Shown in pieces: positions 1-14,659 of a stretch of 64,000 nucleotides of DNA. The translations under genes and the position numbers were made by a program. A model generated the notes under the pieces. It searched no databases, was not told where the DNA came from, and saw nothing but the letters and a program-made list of their open reading frames with translations. Every line of letters begins with the position of its first letter. Position 1 is the first letter of the stretch. The DNA is from the human T2T-CHM13v2.0 reference genome, Homo sapiens: NCBI RefSeq assembly GCF_009914755.1, contig NC_060927.1. The stretch is one strand, 5' to 3'.

Positions 1-367
1 CTTTAGGTGCCTTAGTGCCTTTGTAAACTGCATACTCAACCATCTAGCCATCTTTTCCATCCATCTTACTAGCCCATTACGTTTCTCAGTTTGATCCAAG
101 TAGTCTTAAATGTCTTCAGAGGGCACAAGGAAGATTACAAAGACTATTTTAAGGTGAAGAGTAGCCCATTACTTCCACTCAAATTCTATTGGCCAGAAAT
201 CATTTGCATGGTGGAGACATGCAATGTTCCCTTACTCCCAGGAAGGAGGAACCCTAGTGAGTAGACACTGTGTGCTGCACTAACATAGTACTGGCCCAAG
301 ATAGGCACTCAATATTTGCTGAATGAATAAACAATGAGGAATGTATAGAGTTGGGGATTGTAAGTAA

Positions 368-844
<477 letters not shown>

Positions 845-1734
845 AGATCGCAGCTTTAATTGACCAATTTTGTTTTCTACACTGATTTGCTCTCTCCACA
901 TAATGATACTGTGCCATTCCTATGTCATCCCAAAGTGTGCCAAATATCTCATCAGGTGGGGTGAAGGGAGAGGAATGGAGGAGTTTGCTTGTTAAATTCA
1001 CATTGTATATGGATTTAGAAGTGTTTTACTCTCAAGACTAAGCAGTTCAGAAATAGATGAGGGGCAATATTTTCCTTTACTGGAAAAAAAATATTTTTAC
1101 ACTGAAAGTCACATATATACAAGTGTATGTATGCATCTATCTGCCTAAAGAGGAAATCATTATGAAATCTTGTTACCACTTTATTTACCTGGTTTTATAT
1201 TTTCATGGGCAAATATAGCATGGAAATTTACTAAATTTACTCTTGAGTATTTTAGAGGCAGTGGCTACCCAGTCTGGAGAAACTTTTCTGCAGGACCCAG
1301 CTGTGGATGGGGCTCTGGGAGCCAGTCTTCCTGACACTGCTTGGTAGGATCAAAGTGTTTTGTTTAAAGGAATATTTTCAGAGAATTATAATGTAAATTT
1401 AAAAATGGGATTGGCAATCATCATAGATTTAGAATGCAACTTAAAATTTTTTTTAAAAATCTAGGCTCACCTTTCCTTGAATACTTCTTTGATACTGATA
1501 TTTCCTTGATTGTGGGGAAGATTTTTCAAAATCTTATTCTGCCTTGAGGTAATCATTATGAGCATCAATCATCATCATGTGGATATAGAGCACTGGCAAG
1601 GCCAATGTTAGATAAAAGAGAGTTTCTAATGCCTCCTCTAGGGTGTGGTTCTGTTTTCAAGGGACTTGCCATTACATCCTTGAACTGAATTTTACTGGAC
1701 TTGAAAAAAATTTGCATGCAAATTCCTTATTAGG

Positions 1735-1905
1735 GTTACAATCTTGGGCAAGCCACTCAATCTGTCTGTACGTCACTTTCCTCGTCTGTAAGATGGAGAT
1801 AATGATAATTCCTACCTCATAGGGTTATCATGAAGATTAAATGAGTTAATGCACATAAAACATTCAATAGAGTTTCTGGCACAGAGAAAACTTTAGCTAT
1901 TATTA
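1735..1905 (+). mobile_element. MIR SINE
   Basis: ttgggcaagccact...tttcctcgtctgtaagatggagataat...cctacctcatagggtt...gattaaatgagttaat. Confidence 0.9.
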
Positions 1906-2964
1906 TTTTCTCATTATTTTTAAACATATGTATTACTGAACAAGCATACCTTTGGAGAAATTTATGGTTTCCATTTGTAGTAAAATCAGATGTAAGTTGG
2001 CATCTAATGTTGAAGATAAAATATTTAGAGAAAAAATATTAAAATTTAAATACTATTCAGACTCTGAATTATTAATGCAAAGCAGCTTTCACTATAAATA
2101 TTTGGTCTCTGAGTTTCAAGATAAATGGAAAAAATAATGAAAACCAAACTCACAAATGCCCTCCAGACATGGGGATGCTAGGGCTAGTTAAAATATGACT
2201 GTGGATGCATAATGATTTGGGGGTCTTTACGGACAGGATGAAAGGGGTCAAGCAGATGCTGAGGAGGGCAGGGTGTGAGAGGGCAGCCTGGCTCTATCCG
2301 CAGGCCCAGTGGCCGGCCAGTCCACCCAAGTTAGAGCATCAATGAGCTGTCAACTAGTTGGTTGATCTCAGCAAGTCACTGAAGTCCCAGTACCTCCCTT
2401 TTACCATCTGTAAAATGAGAATAATAATAATAGTCGCACTCTCTTCAACTTAAAAAGAAAACAAGGGAGAGAGAATAGAAAACACGTCAAAAGTTAAGGG
2501 TTAGAACATGTAATTCTTCTACCACAAACAAGCATTTCTATGGGAATAAAGAAAGACTTTGTGAAAGTTATTTATTAAGAAAAAAATGTGGCATGGTATA
2601 TGGACATATAAAGTTGACCTGATGTCATAGAAAAAGTGTGGACGTAAGCCTTAGAAAACCCAAGTGTCTGAAAAGTAGGACCAAGCACTTATTAACCTTG
2701 GGCAAGTCACCTAACTTTACTCAAGCTCAGTTCCTCTATTAGTAAAATTAGGACAATATTACATGCCCCATATGGTCACTGTCAGGGACAAAAAAGGCTG
2801 AAAATATATAAAGTCATCTGGCAATTAATAGGTACTTAAATGTATGTGCATAAGTGTATGTATGAGTGTGTATGTATATATGATCTATATGATGAATAAA
2901 TAATATATAATTTGGAGTTTGGTGTAGATTTGGGGTTATTTATATCTATGATCTAGTATCTGTG

Positions 2965-3115
2965 ATCCCCTTGGATAGATATCAAGAGGGTATGTGAATC
3001 CCTTGAAATTTACTTTATGCTTGTGCATTTTCTGGGGAGAGAGTCCTCTGTTATCATCATGTTTTCCATCCAAGGAGCCCATGACCTTGAAAAAGATTAA
3101 GCATCACCAGTGTAG
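2965..3115. mobile_element. hAT-Charlie MITE (MER117-like)
   Basis: cccttgaaat...cattttctggggagagagtc...ccatgacc...aaaagattaag; a similar copy lies at about 43775-43930. Confidence 0.55.
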
Positions 3116-4769
3116 ACAGAGAGATGGTGAGAGTGATGGGTAGCTTTGCTTCCATATTGCTCACTACCCATAATTCAGCATATCTATGCAGTGGTCATCT
3201 AGCGTGAGAACTTCCCCCGTTTAAATACACAAGGTTCTCCTTACCGGAGAAAAACTGGAACCTGGAAGAGGGTACTTGTCTTTGACAGGGACCAAAATTT
3301 CAAAGTAAATAGTGGGAAAGAGATCTGGGACTTTATCTTTAAAAATGAGACCAAAATTTTTGGAAATGAGTATATGTATATTATTTTTAATAAATTTTAA
3401 ACTGTAATTTCAACAACTTGCCAGTTTTATAAAGAACAAAGAATAAAATATGGGTTGATTTATTTGGCCCATGTCTTCCCAATCAGGTTGTGTGAGGGCA
3501 CCACGTGACCTCCTTTACTTTCATCAGTACAGTTGTTAACAGTCTTATTTTTTTAAGAGTCTGCAAAAAAATATTTGAGACATGTGCCACTTTCCCAAGA
3601 ACCTGTCATAAGCCTCTAACATCCAATCCCTCACTTTGAAGCCCTTGGGCTGTCATCATGCTTATTGGCTTTTCTTTTTAATTGATAACAAGTTATCTTC
3701 TTTTGTTAAGGAATTTGTATGTGACACAAAGCTGGCTTCCAAAATCCCTTTCATCAGCTTGATAAAGCCTTGCATCTTTTGAAAAATGTGCTGCTTCAAT
3801 TGGCAAGTGTTGTGCAATCTATTTTCACTGTGTTTCTTGATGCTGGAAACATCTGGATGATCCAGGAAAGACAGATGTACATAGAGTTGACTCTCGACAC
3901 AGTGGGGGGCCCACCGTTAAAACGGGAAGGATGTCTGAGTGGGGCTAATTTGATAAGTGGTCCATTAATTCATGAATGTTTCAATGTTATGACAACTTTG
4001 GCTTTCCTGCTACCTTTTAACCATCAACATTGGATAATGAATTTTCGGATAAGGGAAAACCAAGGTGAATCCCTCTACGGTTAGTACAAACTGGTACCAG
4101 CTTGGCGCAAGGAGAAGAGGGCCCTTTCAGTGCATTCTTCCAAAAAAGCCATGTTGCACATAGTGGCTGGTGAGGGGGAAATAATACATTTCAGGCAAGT
4201 GTAGGTTAAATAAGCCCTTGAGAATTAGTCTATGAACTCTACTCTAGTGGAAAATGAGGCCCACATTCCAAACCAATTTCACAACGCCCCCATCCCCCTT
4301 TTTAATAACAGCCCATTTTTACATAGGGGGTTGCCTATTCTGCAATTCTGTAATAGTGAATTTTTGCTTATTGTGTTTCTGGATAACAAGGTGCGCCTGT
4401 GTTTCTTTCTTGCATATCGGTTTGCAGAAAGTAATTGCCCTGCAATTCTTAATCCAACCTGTTCACGCATTCCTTTCTGCATTGTTCTTGTTCGTCATGT
4501 CTGAGCTGTCACCTGAGAGCTGATCTTCCTTTGCTAAAATCCATTCAAGAAGCATCTTTACCCTTCAAGATGTCTGGTGGAAAGATACACTGTTTTGACT
4601 GATGTAGCAAAACATTTACAGAGCATCTTTTTCCAAAGTATTATACTCTTGTGTTACTTCCCAAGAAAAAATCTGTTTGTAGAATAAAATGGTGGAATTT
4701 AGATGAATGATTGTCTTTTTGGGAGAGTGTTAGAGGGTTGTCACTTAGTAAATATAACCTAAAGAATAA

Positions 4770-5120
4770 TAATGCTAATATTTGTTCCTTTTTCACCGAA
4801 AATCTTATTATGTGTGCTAGACACTGTGCTAGGCATTTTGTATGCACAATCTATTTTAACCCTACTTATTACTGTCCCTGTAAGGCTTTTTCCCCCAGTG
4901 GAATGTAAGCTCCATGTAGACAAGGATTTTTGTCTTTTTATTTATTGCTACAACCCTGGTGTCTAGAACAGTGCCCGGAATAGACTAGATACTCAACAAA
5001 TATTTTCTGAATAATAAATGAATCCCCATTTTACAGATAGGAAAGCTAAGGCACAGAGAGGCCAGTTATATACAATTTACATAAGGTCACAACGGTAATA
5101 AGTGAAAAATCAGATTTCGA
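4770..5120. mobile_element. MIR (minus) interrupted by an L2 3' end (plus, about 4885-5022)
   Basis: The MIR text cactgtgctaggcatttt...aaccct breaks, is followed by the L2 tail gaatgtaagctccatg...tctagaacagtgcc...aaatgaat, and then resumes at ccccattttacagataggaaagctaaggcacagagagg. Confidence 0.75.
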
Positions 5121-6449
5121 ACAATATTTACTAGCAAAAAACCTACAGTCCTAAAAGATATGCTCCCTTTTTCCATCCAACACACACACACAAACACACA
5201 CAGGTGCACAACCACTCTCAGACGCATGCACAAAGAAGCCTGCCCAGTTCACCTGCTTCTTCAGCTCACCACAGGCCGACTGCTGAAGGACACATTTTTG
5301 TTACCCATCCTCCTCCTCAAACTGTCCTCTTTGAACAAAAATCCTCTGTAGGTTCCTCTGCTGGCAGTCTTCATTAGTATTTAGTGACCTCCCCTGCCCA
5401 GTTCTCGTTTCCTGCACTACAATCCCCGCCTCCCGATGAACTGTTAATTATAACTACTACAAAGTCTACACTCGCCTGGGAGACAGGCTGTTTGGCAGCA
5501 GCTGTGAAAGCCGAACTAAGTTCTTTGGGGATTAATCCGCCGCTGCATGTAGTCTTACAAGTACAGCTTTGGAGGAAAGGAAAGGAAGATAAAATGAGCT
5601 AATGCTGTTCGTATAAATGTGAACTTCTACATAACACACACAGGCGCACCCACAAATACGTTGACTGAAAGTTAAAATATGATTATCAAAGGATAAGAAA
5701 GACTTACAACTGTAATGTAAAACATTAAGAAATATACCCTGGCTTTCTGTGTTCTGCAGGGATACAAGTGTGCTCTGAGCCAAGGAAAATTAAAAAAAGA
5801 GAGAGAGAGAGACAGAGATAGCACATTGAAATATCTTTACGTAGACTTAAATATAGCTTCAGAGATTATAATTCAGATCAAGGCTAGAGCTCCATTTCAA
5901 CATTCCTTAACTGCTGGTAATATAACAAAGGTCTGCAAATTGGGAGGTACGTCTGCTTGGGAAGGGATGCTTATCTGATCTAGGCCCATCTTTCTTCATG
6001 TTTCAATCCCAGAACAGCTGCCCTTCCCTTGGTGAGAAACTCAGCGATGAAGGCACAAACCCAGCAAGCTGAAAGCGCAGCTGGCTGTGGTCCTGCTGCA
6101 GCCGCCTCGCCCTGTGGAGAGTGTGCGTTGGCGGGTGGAGCAGAAGTGGGCTACTTGGGGGAGTCCTTGGTGGCTGCTGGCAGGCAGCTGCATGCCCCGC
6201 AATAGGGTAGTGCCCATTTGTAACCCAGCGGGGGGTGGTGGTGGAATACAGCAAGACGATGGGGCCATAAGAAGGAGGCAGGGCCAGCTGAGCTTCCTGA
6301 AGCTGGGGATAGGTTGGAAGGGTTATTCTTCCCTTTCGTTCATTCCCTCACTCGTTCCTTCATTCATTCACTCCTTTTATCTTCATTTATTTTACTCCTT
6401 TTATCTTTCTTTACTTTCCCCCAAATTATTCATTCAAATATTAGTAGAG

Positions 6450-6700
6450 CAATGCAGTATTAAAATCAAACGCATGGACTTGGGGGACAGACTTGGGTGG
6501 GACTTCCAGTCCCCTCAATGTGCCAGCTGTGAGACTTTTGGGGAATTATTCAACCTGGATGAGCTTCAGTGTCCTCATCTGATTAGCAGACATCTTAACA
6601 GTGCCACATCTCCTAAGACTGCTGCAGGACACTATGATTCAGTGATAAAGGACTTTACGTGCTGCCTGGCACATGCTAAGTGCTCAATAAACAGCAGGCA
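6450..6700 (+). mobile_element. MIR SINE
   Basis: ccagctgtgagactttt...gcttcagtgtcctcatctg...tgcctggcacatgctaagtgctcaataaa. Confidence 0.8.
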
Positions 6701-7448
6701 TTAGGATGAGGATGACAGTTCTGTGGGAGCCACAGAGATGTGTCTCGCAGGCGGCTGCCTCCAAGGGCCACTTGAAAGATACCCAGTCTGCATGGTTGTC
6801 CCTGAGCAGAGGAGTCATACATGAGTAACAAGATAAAAAGTTAAAAAAGTAAGAGAGTCCCAAGAGGAAGGTGCAAAGAAAGCCCCATGGAGAAAGACCA
6901 TCAGATCCAGAGTTTGTCTATTAGAAGAGTATCCCTTTGCCCTGGTTCAGAGACATGGCTGCCGAGGACTGAGCCCCAGGCAGGAGAAATGGTATGTTAA
7001 GGGGCTGGCACACACAAAGCTCTGAGCCGACCCCAGACTGAGAGATGCTGCTTCTGCTTCTGTTATGCTCCCTCAGAAGACAGCTTTTTTGTGACAAGGG
7101 GGAGCGGCAGAGAGAGGGTACAAGTGGGACCAGGGAGGGGACACACACCACGGACACACTGGACAATTTGCCACTCTGTAGCAGTTGAACAAGGCCGGGC
7201 AAGGACATGAATGAAGATTCCCTTTCATCCCCCATCTCAGAACCTGGGGCTTATCCCACAGACCAGCTCCCCGAGTGTCCTGAGGAACAAAAGTTCTACA
7301 AGTCATCCTTCCCCAAACATTCCAGAGACACCTGCATAAATACACCTGTGACAGGCATAAGACTTCACTTCCCTCTAGGAGTCACACTGTGCTCATTAGC
7401 ACATCAAAAGCTCTGAGAAGTCCTGCATAGACAATCTGTTTAACTTGA

Positions 7449-7774
<326 letters not shown>

Positions 7775-8589
7775 AATAATTTTTTAAAATAATGCCTTTG
7801 TCCCAATCCAATGTATGCGTTTTATACATAAAGAAGTGCAGGTGCAGGGTGAAGAAGATGAGACTCTCTCGAGGCCACACAGTCAGTGAGGAGCTATGCT
7901 GAACCTGAATGCTAGCTCTGGTGAACAGCTCTTTGCCCTCCTCCTCATTTCCCCATGGAGCCAGGGCACCCCCGTCATGTGCCAGTGCTCCTTGGAATAG
8001 GTGGTGACAATGCTGACACTTCTGTCAAGCAGAAGTCATTCAAGGTGACTGCCTTTTAACACACTTCTAAAAACAAACTGTAAAAGCCTCTCTGAAATGT
8101 CTGATGGGGAACAGATTTTTAAATCCACGTCGCTGGAAGACATGCAGGTGGGCCAGGAGGCAGAGGGGCCGGCAGGGAGGGGCACAAGGCTCTGGGTCCC
8201 AGGTCCTGAATCCCGGCTCAGCCCTTCCACTGCCCTTGCTGGCCATGTGCCTCCAACCCTCCAAGCCTGATTCCTCACTGTGAAACAGAGGATTGTGTTG
8301 TCTTTTGGTCCTGGCTATTTATGACTGGAAAGAGAAAGGCTTGTCAGAATTCAGGTTGACTACTTGGCATTTGAGAGAGCCCCACATCCACCACTGAAAC
8401 GCCCACCCCACCACGGTGATTGTCATGCTTCTCTGCCTCCTTATTCATAGAGCGTTCCCTGCAAAAAGAGTCCTCGCAAGGCTCCCCAGTTCTCCTAGAA
8501 CATTCAGTCTACTGACTCTCACTTAAGGCTCAGTGCACACTGGATACCACCCACCTCTCCAATTTCATCTACCATCTCTCCCCCCATCT

Positions 8590-8915
8590 CACTTGATGAT
8601 CACCACCCTGGCCTGCTTCATGCTGGCTCCTTCTCATCCGAGGGTCACCTTCTCACATCAGCCCTTCAAACTATTTCGTCTGAGGCAACATCCTCCCCTC
8701 TTGGTCTCTTCCCCTTCATTTCCTTCTTTGTACTTACCACTGTCTAAAATCATCTTACTTATTTGTTCATTTATCTGCTTAATTTCTGACTCTCCCTGAG
8801 AGAAGGTAATCTATGAGGGCAGAGTATTGTTTATTGCTTCATATTTACTGCTTGTTTACCTGGCACAAAGACTGGCAAAAAGTAGGTGCTTATTAAACTT
8901 CAATTAAATGAATGA
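8590..8915 (+). mobile_element. L2 LINE 3' fragment
   Basis: ctatgagggcagagtattgtt...cctggcaca...gtaggtgcttattaaa...aaatgaatgaa. Confidence 0.75.
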
Positions 8916-9056
8916 AGAAATTCTCTTCCAGAAAAAAAGCCTGCTTACCCCTTCAAAGTCCATGTCAAATAAAGCCTTCTATGAATCACCTAGGCAAAAT
9001 TGAAAAGCCACCTTTTTTGTATTCCTACGGCCTTTGTGTCTGCCTCTCATAGGGTG

Positions 9057-9375
9057 TTTTTTTTTCTTTTTTTTTTTAGATGGAGTCTCTGGCTCTGTCA
9101 CCTGGGCTGGAGTGCGGTGGCGCGATCTCAGCTCACTGCAACCTTCACCTCCCGGGTTCAACCAATTCTCCCTGCCTCAGCCTCCCAAGTAGCTGGGATT
9201 ACAGGCATCCGCCATCACACCCAGCTAATTTTTTTTTTTTTTTTTTTTTTTTTGTAGTAGACACAGAGTTTCACCATGTTGGCCAGGCTGGTCACAAATT
9301 CCTGACCTCATGTGATCCTCCCACCTCAGGCTCCCAAAGTACTGGGATTACAGGCGTGAGCCACTGCACCTGGCC
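9057..9375 (-). mobile_element. AluS with an expanded middle A-rich linker
   Basis: TSD tgcctctcatagg at 9041 and 9376; T run of about 25 at 9228-9253. Confidence 0.95.
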
Positions 9376-10719
9376 TGCCTCTCATAGGATGTTATATGCC
9401 AGTCTGCCCTCACTGCTGTGAGGGCAGGGACCTGTGCATGTCATTCTGCAAGTCCACAGCCTCCGCCAGAGGCTAGCCCTCTGTAGGTCTTCCACAGTGC
9501 TTAGAGAATTAAGGAATTGCTCGTCTAGAACCAAACTCTCTCTGGACTCATACAATCAGGGCTTTGTTTGCTCTCCAGGAAAGTTCAGCCATAAGAGTTT
9601 TAAAGCTTACATTAAATTGTCTACATCTTCCTGTCCATGGGCCTTCCCCAAGAGAAACATCATCTGGAAGCCATGTGATCGAGCGGACACTGATTTTGTG
9701 TAAGCCCCACATCCTGGGTTCTAGTCTCAGGCTTCAGCTGGGGGATCTTGAACTGGGTCTTTCGCTTCTCTGAACCTTTATCTCTTTAGTTTATGAAAGA
9801 GATTGAAAAACCTCTGAAGACTGCCCCACCCAGCCCTTACTGGTTTTGAATATGTGGCTCAGTCTTTCATATTCTCCCTCTAGCAGTCCATACATGTGGT
9901 TTGATAAGGAGTAAGTCTACTAGGTATAGCCAAACAAGTATTTTGTCAATGAAATCTTACCCTCAGAGAAACAGGGGATCATCCATTATTCTCTGATTGG
10001 TGTTTTTAATTAGACTCATTCTGCCACACACAGGCTTATACCAAATGAGGGGATTTTTATATCTGTTAAAGGTCCAAGGCTTTTCACAGATTGCAAAAAA
10101 GGCAAAATCCCAGCAGCTCGGAATGCTGTTGCATTTCATTTTACCCAGCCTTGTAGATTAGCTCCAAAGCCTGCTTGGTCAGCAAACATTTCTGCTGTCC
10201 TGGAAAAGCTCTTCAGTTCTTCCCAATCCCTATCAAGACTGTGCCACCACAGCAATGAGGAGCGGGATAAGCCATTTTCCTTTCCTGCGAACATTTCTGG
10301 GCTCTGAGGCCTGCCTTTTTTCAGATTCTGTGGGCCTTTGCTAATTTGTGTGACAGCTTAAATGTAAATAGGACACATCTGCATGGGTTAAAAAAATAGC
10401 TGCTCGTTGTAAAGGGCAGTGCACTGTGTTTATTTATCATCTACAACTGGAAAGCAGGTTCTGTTTCTAGTCTGTAATAGCTGATGGTTTGCGACAACCT
10501 GAGGCATTCTGGAACAGTTTTAGTTGACTATTGACTTTTGACATTAGTCTACATTCATTTTATTTTATTTTTTTTCCCCCAACTACTTGGCTGGGAGAAG
10601 AGAGTGAGCACCTATAAAGGTGGACATTTACAGACCAGGTCCTTGAGGCACACACACCTGACCAGATGCCTGCTGTCTGCTGGTGATCACATACCTCTTC
10701 CTAACTCTACTAACCACTA

Positions 10720-11097
<378 letters not shown>

Positions 11098-11589
11098 CCA
11101 ATACATGTTATTGTTCTGTTTTGAGAAATGTAGAAACTGAGGCACAGACAGTTGAGCGCACTGACTGTGTACTGAAAAGTATCAGAATTGGTGTCTGAGT
11201 TCATGGCTTAGATTATTCTTAACCATCTATATAGTATCTTTCAGAAGTCTCACACTCATCTACCAAGTTGGGCTGCCAGTCAAGGGACACACACAAGCCT
11301 CAAACTAAATCTTGGTGGTAGGTGAAGGAATTCATTCAAGAAAAATAACTCACATATAGAAGTGACATCTTTAGTTTTATTCAGACAGCCCAATATCTCT
11401 CTTGAATTTCATTACACCATACATATATATTTTATGTGTGTGTAAGTGCATATTCAAAATCATCATTTCTGTAATCACTTTTTTCATGAATTTTTCCATA
11501 GTTCACTTTAATTCTATTGCATTCAACAGGTAAGATAATAAAAGATTACTCTTACTTGCAATAGTGATCACAGCAACAACTGCAAACAC

Positions 11590-11778
11590 CATAGGCTGGC
11601 AATTTGGAAAGCAATCTGAGAAGTCACCTCAAAAATTTTAACAAAGTATTATAATCTATCAAAAGAGCACCACAAAGCAATGACAGATTATACCGATGTG
11701 GAAAGAAGTCCACAATACACAAAGTGCAAAAGAGGGAGTTGTGGAATAATTTGTATAGAACAATCTCAAACCTGGTAA

Positions 11779-11812
<34 letters not shown>

Positions 11813-11940
11813 GCCTGGAAGAATCTCTGGAATGACAGAGTGCATAGATGTGGGGATGTTGCAGAAGGGACTTTCACTTTTCACTATATGCATCTTCTAG
11901 ACTGTTTAACTTTTTATGCATATGCATTTTTAATTTAAAA
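11590..11940 (+). mobile_element. Old L1 (L1ME-like) 3' fragment containing (GT)15
   Basis: L1ME 3'UTR-like text ggactttcactttttcactatatgcatc...tgtttaactttt. Confidence 0.5.
11781..11810. repeat. (GT)15 microsatellite
   Basis: Direct reading. Confidence 0.98.
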
Positions 11941-13069
11941 AGTGATAAAAATGACATTTAAAAGTGTTCCCAGCCAGCTGTCCCAGGCAGTCCAAGTCAC
12001 TATTGGTGCGCTCTCTATGGTGATTACTGCCATCAAGGCCATATTTGTTCCTCAGATCATCTACCTGCTGGCCCCAGCTCTTTCTTGGAATGCCCGCTCC
12101 ATCTCATGGCTGGCTAAGCCAGCTAAACCATGCCCAGCTGATTTTGAGCTATCTAGTTCTCCCTCCTCTTCCTCCTCATTCCTGGTTACATATTGTCATG
12201 CCCTTGCTCTTTGCATCCAAGAAGGCCCAGATAGCTGGGAAAACAGTTTGCACTCCAGAAAAGGATGCTGAACTCAGCCTTCTTGATGAGGAAGGCTTGC
12301 CCCAACCCAGCTGGTAAAGAGGAGATCAAAAGAAACACACAGGTCTCAGCTCCTCAGCTAAGTCATCCTCCAAACTTGATTCCTCTTTCATTCCAGGCTG
12401 TCTAGCAGGGCCACCCATGCTAAGCATGAACACCAGCAAACTGTATCACCTCACATGCTCAGCATTTCAGAAGGTGCACTGTCTGTCCTATCAGCAGGAC
12501 ACAAATCCAGTGTTGGGTGGTAGCACCTGCCAATCAAATGGCTTTTCTGTGTGTACTTCTCCTGAGCTTTGAGGATGTGGTTTCCAGTCTGACTTTCTTG
12601 TTTCAGAGCTGAAGTTTCAAGCATGCATCTGGACAAAATATGCTTTCCATATAGGCCAACAATTTATTTATTTATTGCTTATGACATTGTACTTGGCAGC
12701 TAAGGAGATATAAAACAATTTGAACCACTCTGCAGAAAACGGTTGCAGAGTTGCCACTGGAGACTGCGGTGGAAGATAACAGAGGAGAATGGAGTCTCGC
12801 AGATCTTTCTGTAATTGACAGGCAGAGCCTCTAGAGGCAAGCGCGGCCAGCAGACATTCCTGCAAGGAGCTCACATCTCTTTCCAGCCTCAACTCCTGCT
12901 TTGGCACGAGAAGGAGACCGGAGGCATGTGTTGGAAGCCTCCTCTGACAGGACAGATGGAGCCAGTATGAGGACCTTTGCCATCCATCCCTAATTGCCAG
13001 GTTAGATGGATGTTTTGGACATTTATTAATGCAGTGGGTGGTGGTGACCTGCTTCCTTCCTCTGCCTGT

Positions 13070-13540
13070 CTCTCATTGACACTGTGGGTGCCCCTTCCAT
13101 GGCCTGCTAGGCTCGACCATTTCAGTGTATGCAGCCCAACCTCTAACTGCCCATTCTTGCATGCCTTTGCCTGAGGGCTTCCCTGGCCTCTAAGGCTCAC
13201 CCTATACAGGCCTGTGGCAGGTGAGGAGTGTGAGGGTATTGATGCCCCTTGGAGCAGCCCTCGGCCGATGACCGTCAGGAATGAAGACACACATATCACA
13301 GCTCCCTCACCCCTAAAGTGGGATGACTCAGGTTCCACACTAGCCTCCAGCATTCCACAGCAGGACTAAGCTGCAGTCACCAGTTGCCCACAGTGGTGGC
13401 TTGACAACTCCCCCTTTATTGGCTTGCCTTCCCATTGCTTATTGATGTTTCCTGGGAACACATCCCCCAAGGACAGCTTGTACTACATCCTTGTCATGTA
13501 GTACAAAGAAGAGTCTGCTTCCAGGAACCCAAACTCAGAA
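13070..13540 (+). mobile_element. LTR16-like ERVL solo LTR
   Basis: ccccctttattggcttgccttcc...tttcctgggaacacatcccc...ccttgtc...gtctgcttccaggaacccaaact 3' end. Confidence 0.7.
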
Positions 13541-14293
13541 AACTCCTACGTATTTCTGCCCAGCCCTTAGATTATGGATCAAAATTAGAGGAGCCCCAAG
13601 ATTGTTTCCTGCACTTGGGCTGGTTGTTGGGCCTGCAGAGTGTTTAAAAGAATTGAAATAAGTTGCTATCATAAATAAATCTAGATTCTTGGATTCTATT
13701 GAAAAATGGCACAGATATGGCTATACTGAGCTTGCATTCCCTTATGGCATGTGGGGCTGAAGCTGACTTGTGATGCCCCTCTAACCAAGCCTCCCTGGCC
13801 CATTTCCCTCATTGACATTTCCAGACTGGACCCTATGGATAGTTGCTGGGTCAGCCAGGCCACCTATAAGGCCAGGTGCCTTCTTTCTCCAAGACTCCCT
13901 GCCTTCCTGAGGGTCTGAGTCACTGTATGGAACACTCAGGCCTAGATCATACATAGAAAAGTATGTGGATAGGGATGTGTGTTCATCCCAGGATGCAAAA
14001 ATATCAGCAAGAAGAGAGCCACTAACAGCTAATGAGTGCAACCACGTCAGGTGCCCTGCTAAACCCTTTGCATTCTTTTCTTTTCCATTTTAGTCTTCTA
14101 GCCACTCTGGGAGGCAGATCCTATTATTTTCTTCATGTTTTATCTGAGGAAACTGAGCCTTAAAGAGTTGGAAAACTTATCCACTTAGCTAGTAATGAAG
14201 CTGGGACTCCAGTTTAAATTTGTGGTGTTCTTTCTGTCTGCAAAGCTGCTTGGCCCCTCTCATCCAGGGCACAGGTATATCCATGGAATGCAC

Positions 14294-14294
14294 T

Positions 14295-14325
<31 letters not shown>

Positions 14326-14659
14326 TTTTTCTGAGTTTTGATTTAAAGAATTTTTTTTAGAAGAAAAAGTCTCACTCTGTCACCCAGGCTGAAATGCAGT
14401 GGTGCAATCATAGCTCATGCAGCCTTGAACTCCTGGTCTCAAGTGATCTTCCTGCCTCAGCCTTCTGAGTAGCTTGGACTACAGGAGTACACCCCCACTT
14501 CCAGCTATTTTTTTTGTTTTGTTTTTACTTTTTATTTTTTGTAGAGCTGGGAGTCTCACTATGTTGCCCAGGCTAGTCTTGAACTCCTGGCTCAAGTAAT
14601 CCTCCCACCTTGGCCTCACAAAGCATTGGGATTAACAAGCATGAGCCACCATTCCTGGT
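14294..14659 (-). mobile_element. AluJ with a (TTTA)n tail
   Basis: J-type gcaatcatagctca...gcagccttgaactcctgg; TSD gaatgcacttta on both flanks. Confidence 0.92.

Noticed and set aside
5416-5426. ZNF143/SBS-like ACTACAATCCC
   Set aside because: Spacing is one base short of ACTACAnnTCCC and there is no promoter context.
6087-6704. 205-aa ORF
   Set aside because: Non-ATG start, runs through low-complexity and MIR sequence, and has no domain resemblance.
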